A stretch of 64,000 nucleotides of DNA. It comes from Eledone cirrhosa. Taxonomy: Eukaryota. Positions 53,010 to 64,000 of the stretch are shown here, in pieces; position 1 is the stretch's first letter, and each line of letters begins with the position of its first letter. A model generated the notes under the pieces. The model saw nothing but the letters and a program-made list of their open reading frames with translations, ran no database searches and was not told where the DNA came from. Where the stretch lies: contig OZ024741.1 in NCBI GenBank assembly GCA_964016885.1, positions 389,608,001 to 389,672,000 of the forward strand, written 5' to 3'. The translations under genes and the position numbers were made by a program.

Positions 53010-53660
53010 AATATGTCTTGAGCCCGGAGGCTCATGAGGCCAGTGCTTATCCTGGTTTCTGTGGTGTGAAGCAACTGAGAGTACAAGACTCCCCACTGGA
53101 CAGGATGACAGTATATCACAGAGTAAAACCCCCAGCTAATGCCAGTACTTATTTCAGCTGAGTATTCTGAGTATATGAAATGAAGTGTTTTGCTCAAGAA
53201 CACAGCACACAACCCAGTACAGGAATTAAACCAACAACATTGTGATTGTAATGTAAACCAGTAAGAAAATATTACAGTTCTAAATATTAAAGTTCTAAAC
53301 TAAATGCTTTGTGGTAGAAAGTTATCTCCCTTTATGTTCTGAGTTCAAATCCTGAAGAAATCAACCTTGATTTTTATTTAAGGTTAATAAAATATTAACT
53401 AGTAACAACTCTCAAAAACAAATGTGTTACCTTGTGTTAATATGCATGCATGCCTTCATGTGCTGCAAGCAGCGCGTTGAGTCGGTGCTTATCCTAGTTT
53501 CATGGCATGAAGCGACTGAGAGTACAAGACTCCCTTCTGAACAGGACACCAGTCCATTGCAGGGTTAAACTCGCAGCTATTGCAGGTACTCATTTTCAGC
53601 TCAGTATACTGGAGCAATGTGAAATAAAGTGTTTTGCTCAAGAACACAATACATAACCTA
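53010..53660 (-). mobile_element. Two CORE-like SINE copies on the minus strand (53010-53250, 53480-53660) around a decayed Nin-like SINE on the plus strand (53310-53440)
   Basis: AAGTGTTTTGCTCAAGAACAC is the reverse complement of the core at 33690; the two copies align with each other. Confidence 0.7.
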
Positions 53661-53784
53661 TTCAGTAAGTGAGTAAGAACTAGGAACTTGCCAATCAATT
53701 CCAATATATTTAATTAGAAATATAATAACAAAAGGGTTAAGATGGGAACAAAACTGAAAATACAATCTTACATGATAAACTTAC

Positions 53785-54084
53785 AGTCCTCGAAATGGGG
53801 TCCTCGGGTTTCATTCTTGGCCATCTTCAACATTTTCTTTTGATTCATTTTATCCATCAGCTTCTTTCGCCTTCTTTCTGCTGCTTCTAATGGGTCAAAA
53901 TATTCCATGTGTCCCCGAAATTTACCATATTTCAATGACTCCACCGTTGCTGTGGACTTAATACTTTGGATTGTTGACTTATTTTTTCTCTTCTTGTAGT
54001 TTTCGGTGTTGAGACTAGCCATTGTAGGGAGTTGGTTATATGATGGAGTTGCATTTAATTCCTCTTCTTTTTCTTCTGAATCTG
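53785..54084 (-). CDS. Host gene coding exon B (300 nt, phase 1 to 1): (T)DSEEKEEELNATPSY...FDPLEAAERRRKKLMDK...RGPHFED
   Basis: NAGNAG acceptor tttgcag|CAG and donor GACT|gtaagt. T+AT gives Tyr at the junction with exon C. Confidence 0.82.
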
Positions 54085-54106
54085 CTGCAAATATATATAT
54101 ATATTT

Positions 54107-54144
<38 letters not shown>

Positions 54145-54224
54145 AAATCAATTAACAGTCATAAACTCGCGTTAGTCCCTGTAAATTATGAGCTCAATGG
54201 AAAAAGAATCCTGGGCTCTTCAAA

Positions 54225-54668
54225 TATAATATGTATAAAAGATAACACACGAGAGAGAGAGTGTGTGTTTATCAATATACAGGGAAAACCATCAGTGTAT
54301 GGCATCTATAAACTAAGAAAGGTGAGGTAGACGCATAATAATTAAAAATATAAATCAGAATGAATTTACCCACCTTTATAACTATATATCATACATGTAC
54401 AAACCCAAAGAGATTTGTTTCGCCAACAGATGTTTCAAAGGGTGTTTCATTCCATACACTAATCTGTTGGCGAAACACATCTCTTTGGGTTTGTACATGT
54501 GTGATATATAGTTATAAAGGTGGATAAATTCATTCTGATTTCTATTTTTAATTATTATGCGTCTACCTCACCTTTCTTAGTTTATAGATGCCATACACTG
54601 GTGGTTTTCCCTGTACATTGATAAACACACACTCTCTCTTTCGTGTGTTATATTTTCTACATAATATA
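54225..54668. repeat. Long foldback inverted repeat (arms ~205 bp, 30-nt spacer 54432-54461), probably a MITE
   Basis: The arms are reverse complements with 7 mismatches over the inner ~190 bp. Confidence 0.92.
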
Positions 54669-54689
54669 TACATACACACACATACATAT

Positions 54690-54698
54690 ATTTATATA

Positions 54699-54764
<66 letters not shown>

Positions 54765-54815
54765 TATATGTATGTGTGTGTATGTATATATGTATGTTTG
54801 TATGTGTGTGTGTGC
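54690..54815. repeat. (TA)n/(TG)n microsatellite
   Basis: Direct reading. Confidence 0.95.
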
Positions 54816-54867
54816 ATAGCATAATAATCAAAAGGTGATGAGAGAGCTCTATAAATAGTAGAAAAGC

Positions 54868-55470
54868 TATCATCATCATCATTTAACGTCTATCTTCCAT
54901 GTTAGCATAGGTTAGATGGGAATTGTCCCACTTGAAGCAAAATTGATCGGGTGACTGTCTCGCTCGTATAGGACTGTATCTGGCAGGTTTTTTATGGCTG
55001 GATGCCCTTTCTAACACCAACCACATTTACTGTGTAGACTGGGAGCATTTTTACCTTGTCTCCTACTCGACCACTTTACAGTGTGGACTGGATGCTTTTT
55101 TGTCGTGACACCTACACAACTTCTTTAGTTTGGACTGGATGTTGTGGTACCAACATAACTTTACAGAGGAAAGGTGGTGTTGGTGGCAGTGGGAGGATGG
55201 AGTAGGAATAGTGGATTGGGTGTATATTTGGTTAAGAGGTGCCTACTGACTGTAGGTTTAACTTTGTACATAGGGAAGGCAGGTCTTCTGTATTACTGCG
55301 TAGCACCAAAGGTCTCGATCCAGTGACATTGTCTTAGAGAGGTGTAAGTGTGTAAGGCTGGAATTATCAAATCGTCCCAAGTTTTTCATGGTCTACCTAC
55401 TTCATAACTTCCATCAATTTTGATCGCCCTGCACTTTTTTTATACAGCTGTCATTTTTCATGCGCTTCTA
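54868..55470 (-). mobile_element. RTE family B 3' end fragment
   Basis: Reverse complement resembles 36480-37040, including the (CAT)n tail. Confidence 0.8.
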
Positions 55471-55871
55471 ATCGGCTACCATTTAGTTTCTTACTTAAAC
55501 AGGTAAATTTACATATAGCAATTTGTTTATTGCCTACAAGTAGTGGCCACAAACATAATAAGTTGTGTGTTGTGTTCTTGAGCAGGAATAAGCACTAACC
55601 TGATGCGCCTCCAGGCTCAAGACAAACTTTAGACTTTTTAGTGGTCATACCTATGTATATATAGAAGGCCTGTTCAACCTCAACTTAACTAGTGGGTTTA
55701 CACCTGTGTATAGGTAACCCTAAATATTTTTATGTTTCATATTATATCTTGTGTTAATTATTATGTGTTTTACAATGTGTCATTTACACTTATTTCATGT
55801 TTTATCAAATTAATCCGTCTTTTGTATAAAGACTTTGCCCCTACGATTATTTTTATATAATATTTTTATTG

Positions 55872-56190
55872 TTATGCTCTCTCAAAGCAAAACTTCTCAC
55901 AAAGCTTCCAGTGAACAATGCATGCTATGTTGTCATGCCTTCTCTTGTATTCCTTTTGAGTAATTTTGGTGCATTTGCTTACTATGTGACTTGTAGTCTT
56001 TCCTTTAGCTACACACATCCTACACAATGAGGTATCATTAGTCTTATCAATATGGTACTTGACATAATTTGTCCTGAAGGATTGCTCATGTGCAGTATAG
56101 ATTAAAGATTCTGTCCCAACCTTTAAGTCACTTTTTCTCATCAACTCCCATGTTAGTCTTATCAACACATTCACCTATTTCTTCTCCCTT
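55872..56190 (-). mobile_element. R4/Dong-like RLE fragment
   Basis: TWELMRKSDLKVGTESLI...CRMC...TTSHIVSKC...YKRRHD. Confidence 0.8.
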
Positions 56191-56434
56191 TACTTCTCTT
56201 CATTATTGTTATTATTATTATTATTATTTGAGGTAATTGCTGGCCTTGTGCCATAAGTAGAAACATTATTATTTTTATTATCATTATTATTATTATTATT
56301 ATTGGCGTTAGGCAGGTCATTCAGCTGTAGAAACCAAGCCAAAATCAGCCCTGTGTGTGCGATACATGGTCCTCTGACCAGATATCTCTCAATAATAATC
56401 TTCATCATTTAACGTCCATTTTCCATGCTAGCAC

Positions 56435-57360
56435 AGGCTATCCCTTTGGGAGATATCCACAGCATGTCTCTTTGATTGAGTTGCAGTCCTGGGTCAAGAA
56501 GAGACCGAGATTGGTGCTTGGCATCTGGAATGTTGCCAGGCTCTCACTGCCCTCTGCCAGGCAAGCAATGCAGTCAGTGGAAATTTGACTCTCAAGTTCT
56601 ATAGAGGATTAGTGGTGGGCAAGAATGACAATGCACTCAGAGAGGCTCTGGGTGTTGACCAAGTTGAACTGACCAGTCTGTTCTGGAGGATGTTTGTGTC
56701 GGGGATTATGGACAACTTCCAGAAATCCTTGCTTGCAAGCACGGAAGTGGTGTCAGATGGACTTGCCTGAGATGCGCACAGAACAACGAAACCATTTTGT
56801 ATGCACTCGTCCAGTGTCCATGCATTGCTGACTTGTGGACTTATGTCAAACAGCTGTTGTCACATATAGAATGGATCCCGCTATTGCCCAAGTCCAAAGT
56901 GAAGATTGATTCACCACCTTCTTTTGGCCGGGAAGGGCAGGCAATGTTCCTTTGTCTGGTGGCAGTATCAAAAGTGGTTGTGTGGTGGACCAGGTTGAAA
57001 GGACTGAAGACAGACACTTTTCCCTCATCAACTTTTTCAAGTTTCACCTGGAAAGGAAGGTGAGGGTGGAGAGAGAAGTGTTGCCCCCCAGTACATTTGC
57101 TAAAAGGTGGGTGAATGTAGTGAGAGTGGCCCGTGTGAGTGGGCCTACTCTGAGCATGTGCCTGTAGGCTGGCTAATTTGCCAGGTGCCCTCGAAGTGTC
57201 ACCTGAGTCAACCATGGGTGGCTATCTCCCCTATTGGGAAATTTTCATTCTTGTATTTTTATTGTAATTTATATTTTGTACACATTAGAAATGTAAATCC
57301 CCACTGTCCCTGTCTATTGTATTGTCCCCTATATGTAGGCCCTTGTGGCCAATAAACAAA
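56435..57360 (+). mobile_element. L1/Tx1 3' fragment (zf-RVT-like region and 3' UTR); related fragments at 58470-58790 (+) and 60015-60225 (-)
   Basis: ETILYALVQCP...WWTRLKG; AATAAA followed by (ATT)n; homologous copies elsewhere in the window. Confidence 0.65.
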
Positions 57361-57372
57361 TTATTATTATTG

Positions 57373-57407
<35 letters not shown>

Positions 57408-57620
57408 GGGCGGTGGATTGGCAGTATCGGGAGAGGGTCGCATGCCATGCTTTGCAGCATAGAGTTACACCCCTTTACGATCTGAGTTCAAATCCCGTCA
57501 AGGTTAACTTTGCCTTTCATCTTTACGGGGTCGATAAAATAAAGTACCAGTCATCAGTCATGCACTGGGGTTGTTTTAATCGACTCTCCCCGCCCCTCAA
57601 ATTGCCTAAATCAGAAATCA
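57408..57620 (+). mobile_element. Nin/Deu-like tRNA SINE
   Basis: Same A/B boxes and core as 29680; sits between (ATT)n tracts. Confidence 0.85.
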
Positions 57621-57670
57621 TCATTATTATTATTATTATTATTGTTGTTGTTATTATCGTTATTACTGAC

Positions 57671-57812
57671 TGTCATTTGAAGAAATGAAGACATTTTCAT
57701 CAGTGACGTTTTCTGTAATTCCAGGTTTGGACTCTGGCACTGACTGTTTGACTCTTTCCTTTACAGATTTGGATAACTGCTTCAACGCGACTGTCTTTCG
57801 GTTCAAAGGAAG
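57671..57812 (-). CDS. Host gene coding exon A (142 nt, phase 0 to 1): LPLNRKTVALKQLSKSVKERVKQSVPESKPGITENVTDENVFISSND
   Basis: Acceptor tttattttcatttcag|CTT and donor GACA|gtcagt; phase matches exon B; non-TE island between repeats. Confidence 0.68.
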
Positions 57813-57844
57813 CTGAAATGAAAATAAATGGAACAATATCAATG

Positions 57845-58186
57845 TTTTTATTTTGTTATTATTCATTACTTATCTCAGTCATTGATGTTATTCAACCGGA
57901 ATAATTGCCGTAATGAATATCAAGCTGCTACCCACAGACTCAGATATTCAGGACGTATCAGAGTGTCCTTGCCGTTCCAAGTAGGTATACCTTTTGAAGT
58001 GTTCCACAACAGGGGCTGGGCTGATGGTCTTTAGCCAGCCTTGAAAACTCTTTGAGATAGTACCCAGTGCTCCCATGACGACGGGGATGACCTTGATCTC
58101 ATGACAGTTCCAAATCCTTTTCAGTTCCCACTTCAGGTCCTGGTACCAGTTAATTTTTTCCCTCTCCTTTTCCTGTACTCTTGTAT
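57845..58186 (-). mobile_element. Dong/R4 3' fragment
   Basis: Reverse complement of the 63160-63470 region (RYVLNI terminus). Confidence 0.85.
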
Positions 58187-58187
58187 T

Positions 58188-58395
58188 TGTGGATTGGCAG
58201 TATCAGTAGAGGGTTGGATGCCATGCTTTGCAGCATAGAATTACGGCTCTTTATGATCTGAGCTCAAATCCCGCCGAGGTTAACTTTGCCTTTCATCCTT
58301 ATGGGGTTGATAAAATAAAGTACCAGTCATGCACTGGGGTCGATTTAATCAACGTTCCCCTCCCCCCAAATTACTGGCCTTGTGCCTATATAATA
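58188..58395 (+). mobile_element. Nin/Deu-like tRNA SINE with long (ATT)n tail to 58452
   Basis: A/B boxes and core as in the other copies. Confidence 0.85.
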
Positions 58396-58400
58396 AACCA

Positions 58401-58431
<31 letters not shown>

Positions 58432-58799
58432 TATTATTATTATTATTATTATTGGAACCTAGAACATCACAACCCGGTTATCGACTGAGTCCATTTTGCA
58501 GATAGCCCCACCGTCCACCTTTAAGGAAGAGGAAGGACAGGCAATTTTCCTTTGCCCGGTGGCCATGGCAAAAGAGATTGTATGGTGGACAAGGTTGAAA
58601 GGATCGAAGATGGACACTTTCCTCTTCGGCAAATCCCTGATTAACTTTTTCAAATTTCACTTGAAGAGGAAAATCAGGGTGGAGATGCAAATGCTGTCTT
58701 CTAGTAAGTTTGTTGAACAGTGGGTGAAAGTGGCGAATCTGGTCTGAGTAAACGGTCCCATTCTGAGTATGCGCCTGTAGATTGAGGAGTGGGAGAACT

Positions 58800-59961
58800 G
58801 AGAGAGAACTGCTGAAATGAAAAACACAGAAAAAGCAAAGCAGGTAAAAGTAACTGCAAAGAAAGAACTGCTACAGAAACTGGCTAAGAAATGCCTCTGT
58901 ATGGAAAATACCCAGAAAGAGCTAACAATCCTGATGTTGACAAAACTTTAACCCATCAGTGGTTGGCATTCTCTGGACTGAAATTGGAGACTGAAGGACT
59001 GATTATATCAGCACAAGATCAGTGTCTGCCAACAAAAAATTACCAAGCCAACATAATAAAAAATGGATGCAACCCATTATACCGTGTATGTAAAAAACAA
59101 CCAGAGACCATTGATCATATAATTTCAATGTGCAGTTCTATAGCTCCAACCCAATACCTAAACAGGCACGACAGAGCTGCACAATACATACATTGGATAA
59201 TGTGTAAGCATTTTGACCTGCCCCATCAAAAGAATTGGTGGGAGCATCAATCACCTCCCGTACTTGAAAAAGATCACATCTCAATCTTGTGGAACTTTAG
59301 CATCCAAACAGACAGAAAAATAGATGTAAATAGATTGGCAGTATCGGTAGAGGGTCGGACACCATGCTTTGATGCATAGAGTTACGGCCCTTGCCATTCT
59401 GAGTTCAAATCCCGCCGAGGTTAACTTTGCCTTTCATTCTTACGGGGTTGATAAAATAAAGTACCAGTAATACACTGGGCAATTGCTGGCCTTGTGCCAA
59501 AAGTAGAAACGATATAATACTGAAGGACTTTAAAAAGAGGGTATGCCTGCTAATTGATATGTCCGTTCCAATAGACAAGAATGTATCTATAAAAACATTT
59601 GAAAAATTGAGCAAGTATAAGGACCTGGAGATAGAAATTGGAAAAATGTGGAAATTGAGAACTAAAACAATACCAGTGGTTGTAGGCACTCTAGGAATGA
59701 TACCTAAGGGGTCTAATGATTACTTATCGCAAATCCCAGGAAACCCGCGTATAGAAGAAATACAAAAGATAGTGCTAATGGGAACTGCCCATATACTAAG
59801 GAAGATTCTGTCAATATAAGTACATCACAAGTCTAAACACCTAAAGATGCATGTGTGTGTGTATGTATGTTCTTTCTTGAAAATGGCGGACCTTGTTGTC
59901 TCTTGAGGTCACTGGTTGTGACTTGGTGATAACTCGTATGAACATAAAGCAAGATAAATGA

Positions 59962-59965
<4 letters not shown>
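58800..59965 (+). mobile_element. Second R4/Dong-like subfamily 3' fragment (RLE), split by a SINE and ending at (AAT)n
   Basis: ETEGLIISAQDQ...ETIDHII..C...YLNRHD...DRKIDVNR | DIILKD...LIDMSVP...EKLSKYKDL...ILRKILSI. Confidence 0.85.
59333..59510 (+). mobile_element. Nin/Deu-like tRNA SINE inserted in the RLE motif
   Basis: Nearly identical to 37512-37690. Confidence 0.9.
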
Positions 59966-60016
<51 letters not shown>

Positions 60017-60251
60017 TTTTCTTTATTAACCACAAGGGTTTACATAAAGTAGACATTAAGGACAGTACAGGACGGTACAAATGGGCATTTTTGCGTGTAA
60101 AAAAAACAAAAACAGGATGTAACAAAAAATAACAATGAAAAATTCCCCAATAGGGGGGAGACTTCCGAGGGACATTTGTGGAGAAAGCCCATTAAAAGGC
60201 CACAGTGACCCTGACCACCAGGATAATAATAATGATGATGATGATAATAAT

Positions 60252-60523
60252 TTAAAGTGGGAGTTGAAAAGGATTTGGGACTGTCATGAGATCAAGGTCA
60301 TCCTAATTGTCATAGGAGCACTAGGTACTATCTCAAAGAGTTTTCAAGGATGGTTAAAGAACATTAGTCCAGCCCCCTCTTTTGGAACACTTCAAAGGGC
60401 ATGCTTGCTGAGAACAGCAAGAACCCTCCGATACGTCCTGAATATCTGAGGCTGCAAGGCAGAAGCTTGATGTTCATTTGAACAAACTTTCCAGTTAAAT
60501 AACATCAATGACTGAGACTCCAA

Positions 60524-60525
<2 letters not shown>
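60252..60525 (+). mobile_element. Dong/R4 3' fragment between AAT-type repeats
   Basis: LKWELKRIWDCHEIKVI...RYVLNI plus a 3' UTR matching 63205-63475; (AAT)n at 60525-60590. Confidence 0.88.
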
Positions 60526-60590
<65 letters not shown>

Positions 60591-60598
60591 TATTATTT

Positions 60599-63475
60599 GT
60601 AGACAGGAAAAAGTTAAAAGAAACAACAGCTAAGGTAAACAAAGTCATCCCATACCTTGAGGCGAGGAGTCTTCACCAGTGCAACAATATCCTCAAAGCA
60701 ACAGCAAATACGGTGAGGAAACTACTTGGTATAAAAGCGAGAGGAAACAACAGACAAGAAAGAGCAGAGCCGTGGTGGAAGAAGCGACTGAGTGGGCAAA
60801 TCGGGGAAATGAGAAATGACATAGGAAAGCTTGAGTCACTACTGAATGGGACACTAAAAAACATAGGCACTAAAAATAGACTGGAAATAAAATACAAAAC
60901 TAGGAGTAAAAAGCTAAATATTATCATAGAGGAATTGAAGCAACGCATTGTAGCAAAGAGTGCCAAAATCAGGCGATACGAGAACAGAGTCAGTCAGTAT
61001 AAACAGAACCGCATGTTCGACAACAACCAGAAGATGCTGTTTGGACAGCTTGAGGGGAAAGAAAGAGGCAACGACTTGATCCCTGGGGCGGAACAAGCTA
61101 AAACATTCTGGAGAGGAATATGGGAGCAGGATGTTAGACACAATGTCCAGGCAGGGTGGATTGAGACAGTACAGAGGGAGATCGGTGAGAAGGCACAACA
61201 ACAGACTGATTTGAGTATCACAGTTGAAACTCTTAAGGGGCAAGCCAAAAAACTAACCAACTGGAAATCACCAGGCCCAGATGGTGTGCAGGGGTATTGG
61301 ATTAAACATTTAACATCCCTCCACCCGAAGCTGACGGCCATGTTCAATGACTGCTTGGTGTCGGGTGAGGTGCCAGAGTGGTTGACAAAAGGTACCACAG
61401 TTCTGATAATGAAAGACCGAATCAAGGGTAATGATGTTACCAACTATAGACCTATCACATGTCTGCCCGTAATGTGGAAACTGTTGACGAGCATTGTGTC
61501 TGAGGAAATCTACCATCACCTCCACACAAACAACTTGTTACCGGACGAACAGAAAGGATGCCGAAAGAAGTCACGTGGTACAAAGGACCAGTTGCTTATT
61601 GATAAGATGGTAATGGGGAATTGCAGGAGGAGACACACTGATCTTGCCATGGGATGGATAGACTACAGAAAGGCATTTGACATGGTGCCTCATTCCTGGA
61701 TCACCAAAAGCCTGGAGGTCTTCAGGGTGGCAGATAACATCAGACAGTTGCTGGGCAGGAGTATGGGGTCCTGGGAGACAGAGTTGACATCAACTGGAGT
61801 ATCCTTGGGAAGCGTGAAGATCAAGAGAGGTATCTTCCAGGGAGATAGCCTGTCCCCTCTGTTGTTTGTCCTTGCCCTGATGCCCTTGACCATTATGCTG
61901 CGAAAAGTGAGAGCAGGATACAAGTTGGGAAGGGGAGAGCTTACCATCAATCACCTCCTCTTCATGGACGATCTTAAGCTCTTCGGGAAAAGTGAGAAGG
62001 AGTTGGATGTGCTTGTTGACACTGTCCGTATTTTCAGCAGTGATATATGTATGCAGTTTGGTATTGGTAAATGTGGAGTCATTGTGATGAAGAGGGGTAG
62101 GTTGAGCAGAAGTAACGGGATCCAAATACCAACAGGTGAGATGATAAAGGAAATTGACTCTGAGGAAGGATACAAGTATTTGGGCGTTCTGGAGGCTGAT
62201 GGCATAAAGAACAAAAAAAGGAAGGAATTGTTAAGAACTGAATACATTCGGAGAGTAAGGAGCGTATTGAAGTCACATCTGAACAGCAGAAATGCCATAA
62301 GCGCAGTAAATTCCCGAGCTGTGTCTATTATTAGGTACAGTGCGGGAATTCTGAGATGGAATGTTGCTGAACAAAAAGAAATGGATAGGAAGACTAGGAA
62401 GCTATTGACTATCTACAACATGTTCCACAAGAGGAGTGATGTCGATAGACTCTACCTAAGGAGATCTGAGGGTGGAAGAGGTCTTATCAGCATAGAGGAC
62501 TGTGTTCAGATGGAGAAAAACAACCTATACAAATACGTGACCTATAGTAAGGAGCCAATGCTCAGAACTGTACTGAAGGAGGGGACAGTAGGCCAGGGGA
62601 TGTCCAAGGAGGAAATAACATCAAGGAGGAAGAGCAGCCTTAAGGGAAAATCCCTTCATAGTACCTTCTTTGAGAAAACTGAATTTAGAGATCCACGGAC
62701 ATGGAACTGGTTGAGAAGAGGAGACCTCAAAAAGGCTACAGAAGGAATGCTAATGGCTGCGCAGGAGCAGGCCCTCAAAACGAAGTGGTTGAAGCACCAT
62801 ATCTACAAGGAGGAGGCTAGCCCACTGTGCAGGATCTGTGGAGAGAGAGAGGAGACTGTGGCTCACATTGTGTCCGAGTGTAAACACCTAGCCCAGACCC
62901 ACTATAAGGGCTGGAGACACGATGTGATGGGCAGGGTGATCCACTGGCACCTGTGCAAAGTAAACAATCTACCACATTCTGAGAAATGGTATGAGCATAG
63001 GCCAGAGGCGGTGATGGAGAACAGTCAGGTGAAGGTGCTGTGGGATTTTAGGATACAGACGGACAAAAAACTGGAACACAATAGACCTGACCTGGTGGTT
63101 ATGGACAAAGAAAAAAGATCGTGCCTGATTGTGGATGTGGCCTGCCCGTTCGACACGAGAGTGCAAGAGAAGGAGAGGGAGAAAATTAACCGATACCAGG
63201 ACCTAAAGTGGGAGGTGAAAAGGATTTGGAACTGCCATGAAGTCAAAGTGATCCCGATTGTCATAGGCGCACTGGGGACTATCTCCAAAGGTTTCCAGAG
63301 ATGGTTAAAGAAAATCGGCCCCTTCACGCTTTTTGGAACGCTTCAAAAGGCATGCTTGCTTGGAACAGCAAGAACCCTCCGATACGTCCTGAATATCTGA
63401 GGCTGCAGGTAGTGGCTTGATATTCAATCCAACGGACTTTCCAGTTAACCAACATCAATGACTGAGATTCAAGGA
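60599..63475 (+). mobile_element. 5'-truncated Dong/R4-clade RLE retrotransposon inserted in (AAT)n
   Basis: (AAT)n on both flanks; reading frame open from about 60599 to 63400. Confidence 0.92.
60713..63400 (+). CDS. R4/Dong RT + CCHC + restriction-like endonuclease, uninterrupted
   Basis: WKSPGPDG, NYRPITCL, WIDYRKAFDMVPH, GIFQGDSLSPLLF, HLLFMDDLKL, YKYLG, CRIC...HIVSEC, RHD, RPDLVV...IVDVACP...KINRY. Confidence 0.93.
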   Translation: MRKLLGIKARGNNRQERAEPWWKKRLSGQIGEMRNDIGKLESLLNGTLKNIGTKNRLEIKYKTRSKKLNIIIEELKQRIVAKSAKIRRYENRVSQYKQNRMFDNNQKMLFGQLEGKERGNDLIPGAEQAKTFWRGIWEQDVRHNVQAGWIETVQREIGEKAQQQTDLSITVETLKGQAKKLTNWKSPGPDGVQGYWIKHLTSLHPKLTAMFNDCLVSGEVPEWLTKGTTVLIMKDRIKGNDVTNYRPITCLPVMWKLLTSIVSEEIYHHLHTNNLLPDEQKGCRKKSRGTKDQLLIDKMVMGNCRRRHTDLAMGWIDYRKAFDMVPHSWITKSLEVFRVADNIRQLLGRSMGSWETELTSTGVSLGSVKIKRGIFQGDSLSPLLFVLALMPLTIMLRKVRAGYKLGRGELTINHLLFMDDLKLFGKSEKELDVLVDTVRIFSSDICMQFGIGKCGVIVMKRGRLSRSNGIQIPTGEMIKEIDSEEGYKYLGVLEADGIKNKKRKELLRTEYIRRVRSVLKSHLNSRNAISAVNSRAVSIIRYSAGILRWNVAEQKEMDRKTRKLLTIYNMFHKRSDVDRLYLRRSEGGRGLISIEDCVQMEKNNLYKYVTYSKEPMLRTVLKEGTVGQGMSKEEITSRRKSSLKGKSLHSTFFEKTEFRDPRTWNWLRRGDLKKATEGMLMAAQEQALKTKWLKHHIYKEEASPLCRICGEREETVAHIVSECKHLAQTHYKGWRHDVMGRVIHWHLCKVNNLPHSEKWYEHRPEAVMENSQVKVLWDFRIQTDKKLEHNRPDLVVMDKEKRSCLIVDVACPFDTRVQEKEREKINRYQDLKWEVKRIWNCHEVKVIPIVIGALGTISKGFQRWLKKIGPFTLFGTLQKACLLGTARTLRYVLNI

Positions 63476-64000
63476 ATAACAATAACAATAATAATAATAA
63501 TAATGATAATAATTGGGCTGAATAACATCATAGATGCATATAACGAAGCTCCCCACAAGATTTGAAATAAATCGAACACCATCGACAAAACAATAATAAA
63601 TATACTAAGAAAACGAAGGAGAAACATAAAGGATGAGAACCAACAAGGCCTACAAAAACAAATTTTATACACGGATCGTACTTATAACACAATTTTCTTT
63701 ATTAAAATTGTGGACATGTGAGTAAAATTCAAGTTGAAAATCAGCCACAACATTACACAGAGTTTGAAATCAAAACAAAAAGAATAACGATACATGTAAA
63801 TAACAAACTTTACTGATTGTTTTACAAATGCTTGTATTATCAACATAACGGAAAATGTACACAAACTAATCACACAGATGTACAGACATTAGTTCTTTGA
63901 ACTTAAGGAAAAAATTGTACGATAACAAATGCGCACAAAACTGTAAAAACACAGACGCATCAAAGTTGATAGCCAACAAAAATGATAATGATATAATGGG

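Noticed and set aside
63515-64000. A-rich segment at the window end, possible TE or exon
   Set aside because: No recognisable motif, splice pair or repeat partner within the window.

Overview
Eukaryotic, transposon-dense DNA, most likely from an octopus or other coleoid cephalopod. This is inferred from the tRNA-derived SINE families, a TGEKP/HCDIxG-type C2H2 zinc-finger remnant, RTE, Dong/R4, Penelope and Tx1 retroelements, and (TA)n/(AAT)n tracts. Nearly all long ORFs in the supplied track are artefacts of a 42-bp satellite (1-23382) or are retroelement ORFs. Reading the minus strand by hand recovers six phase-compatible GT-AG exons: 57812-57671, 54084-53785, 47929-47859, 46572-46468, 37279-37185 and 23483-23414. 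Together they give 783 nt, 261 codons with no stop, of a host EF-hand-type gene with no start or stop codon seen in the window, so most of the window appears to be intronic. The >23-kb satellite starts only 31 nt after the last exon's donor. On the transcribed strand almost every unit carries a 5' splice-site-like GUG|GUGAGUA that is partly buried in a hairpin. The introns also hold a structurally perfect type I hammerhead ribozyme (48661-48741, +) inside a 628-bp non-coding unit with a 73-bp identical terminal redundancy (retrozyme or Penelope-pLTR-like). Other intronic features are several degenerate hammerheads, a Penelope element with inverted terminal repeats, a ~200-bp-arm foldback, a PHD-finger-containing RTE with an open ORF, and a Dong/R4 element with an open ORF in (AAT)n. 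TE fragment boundaries are approximate, set by eye.
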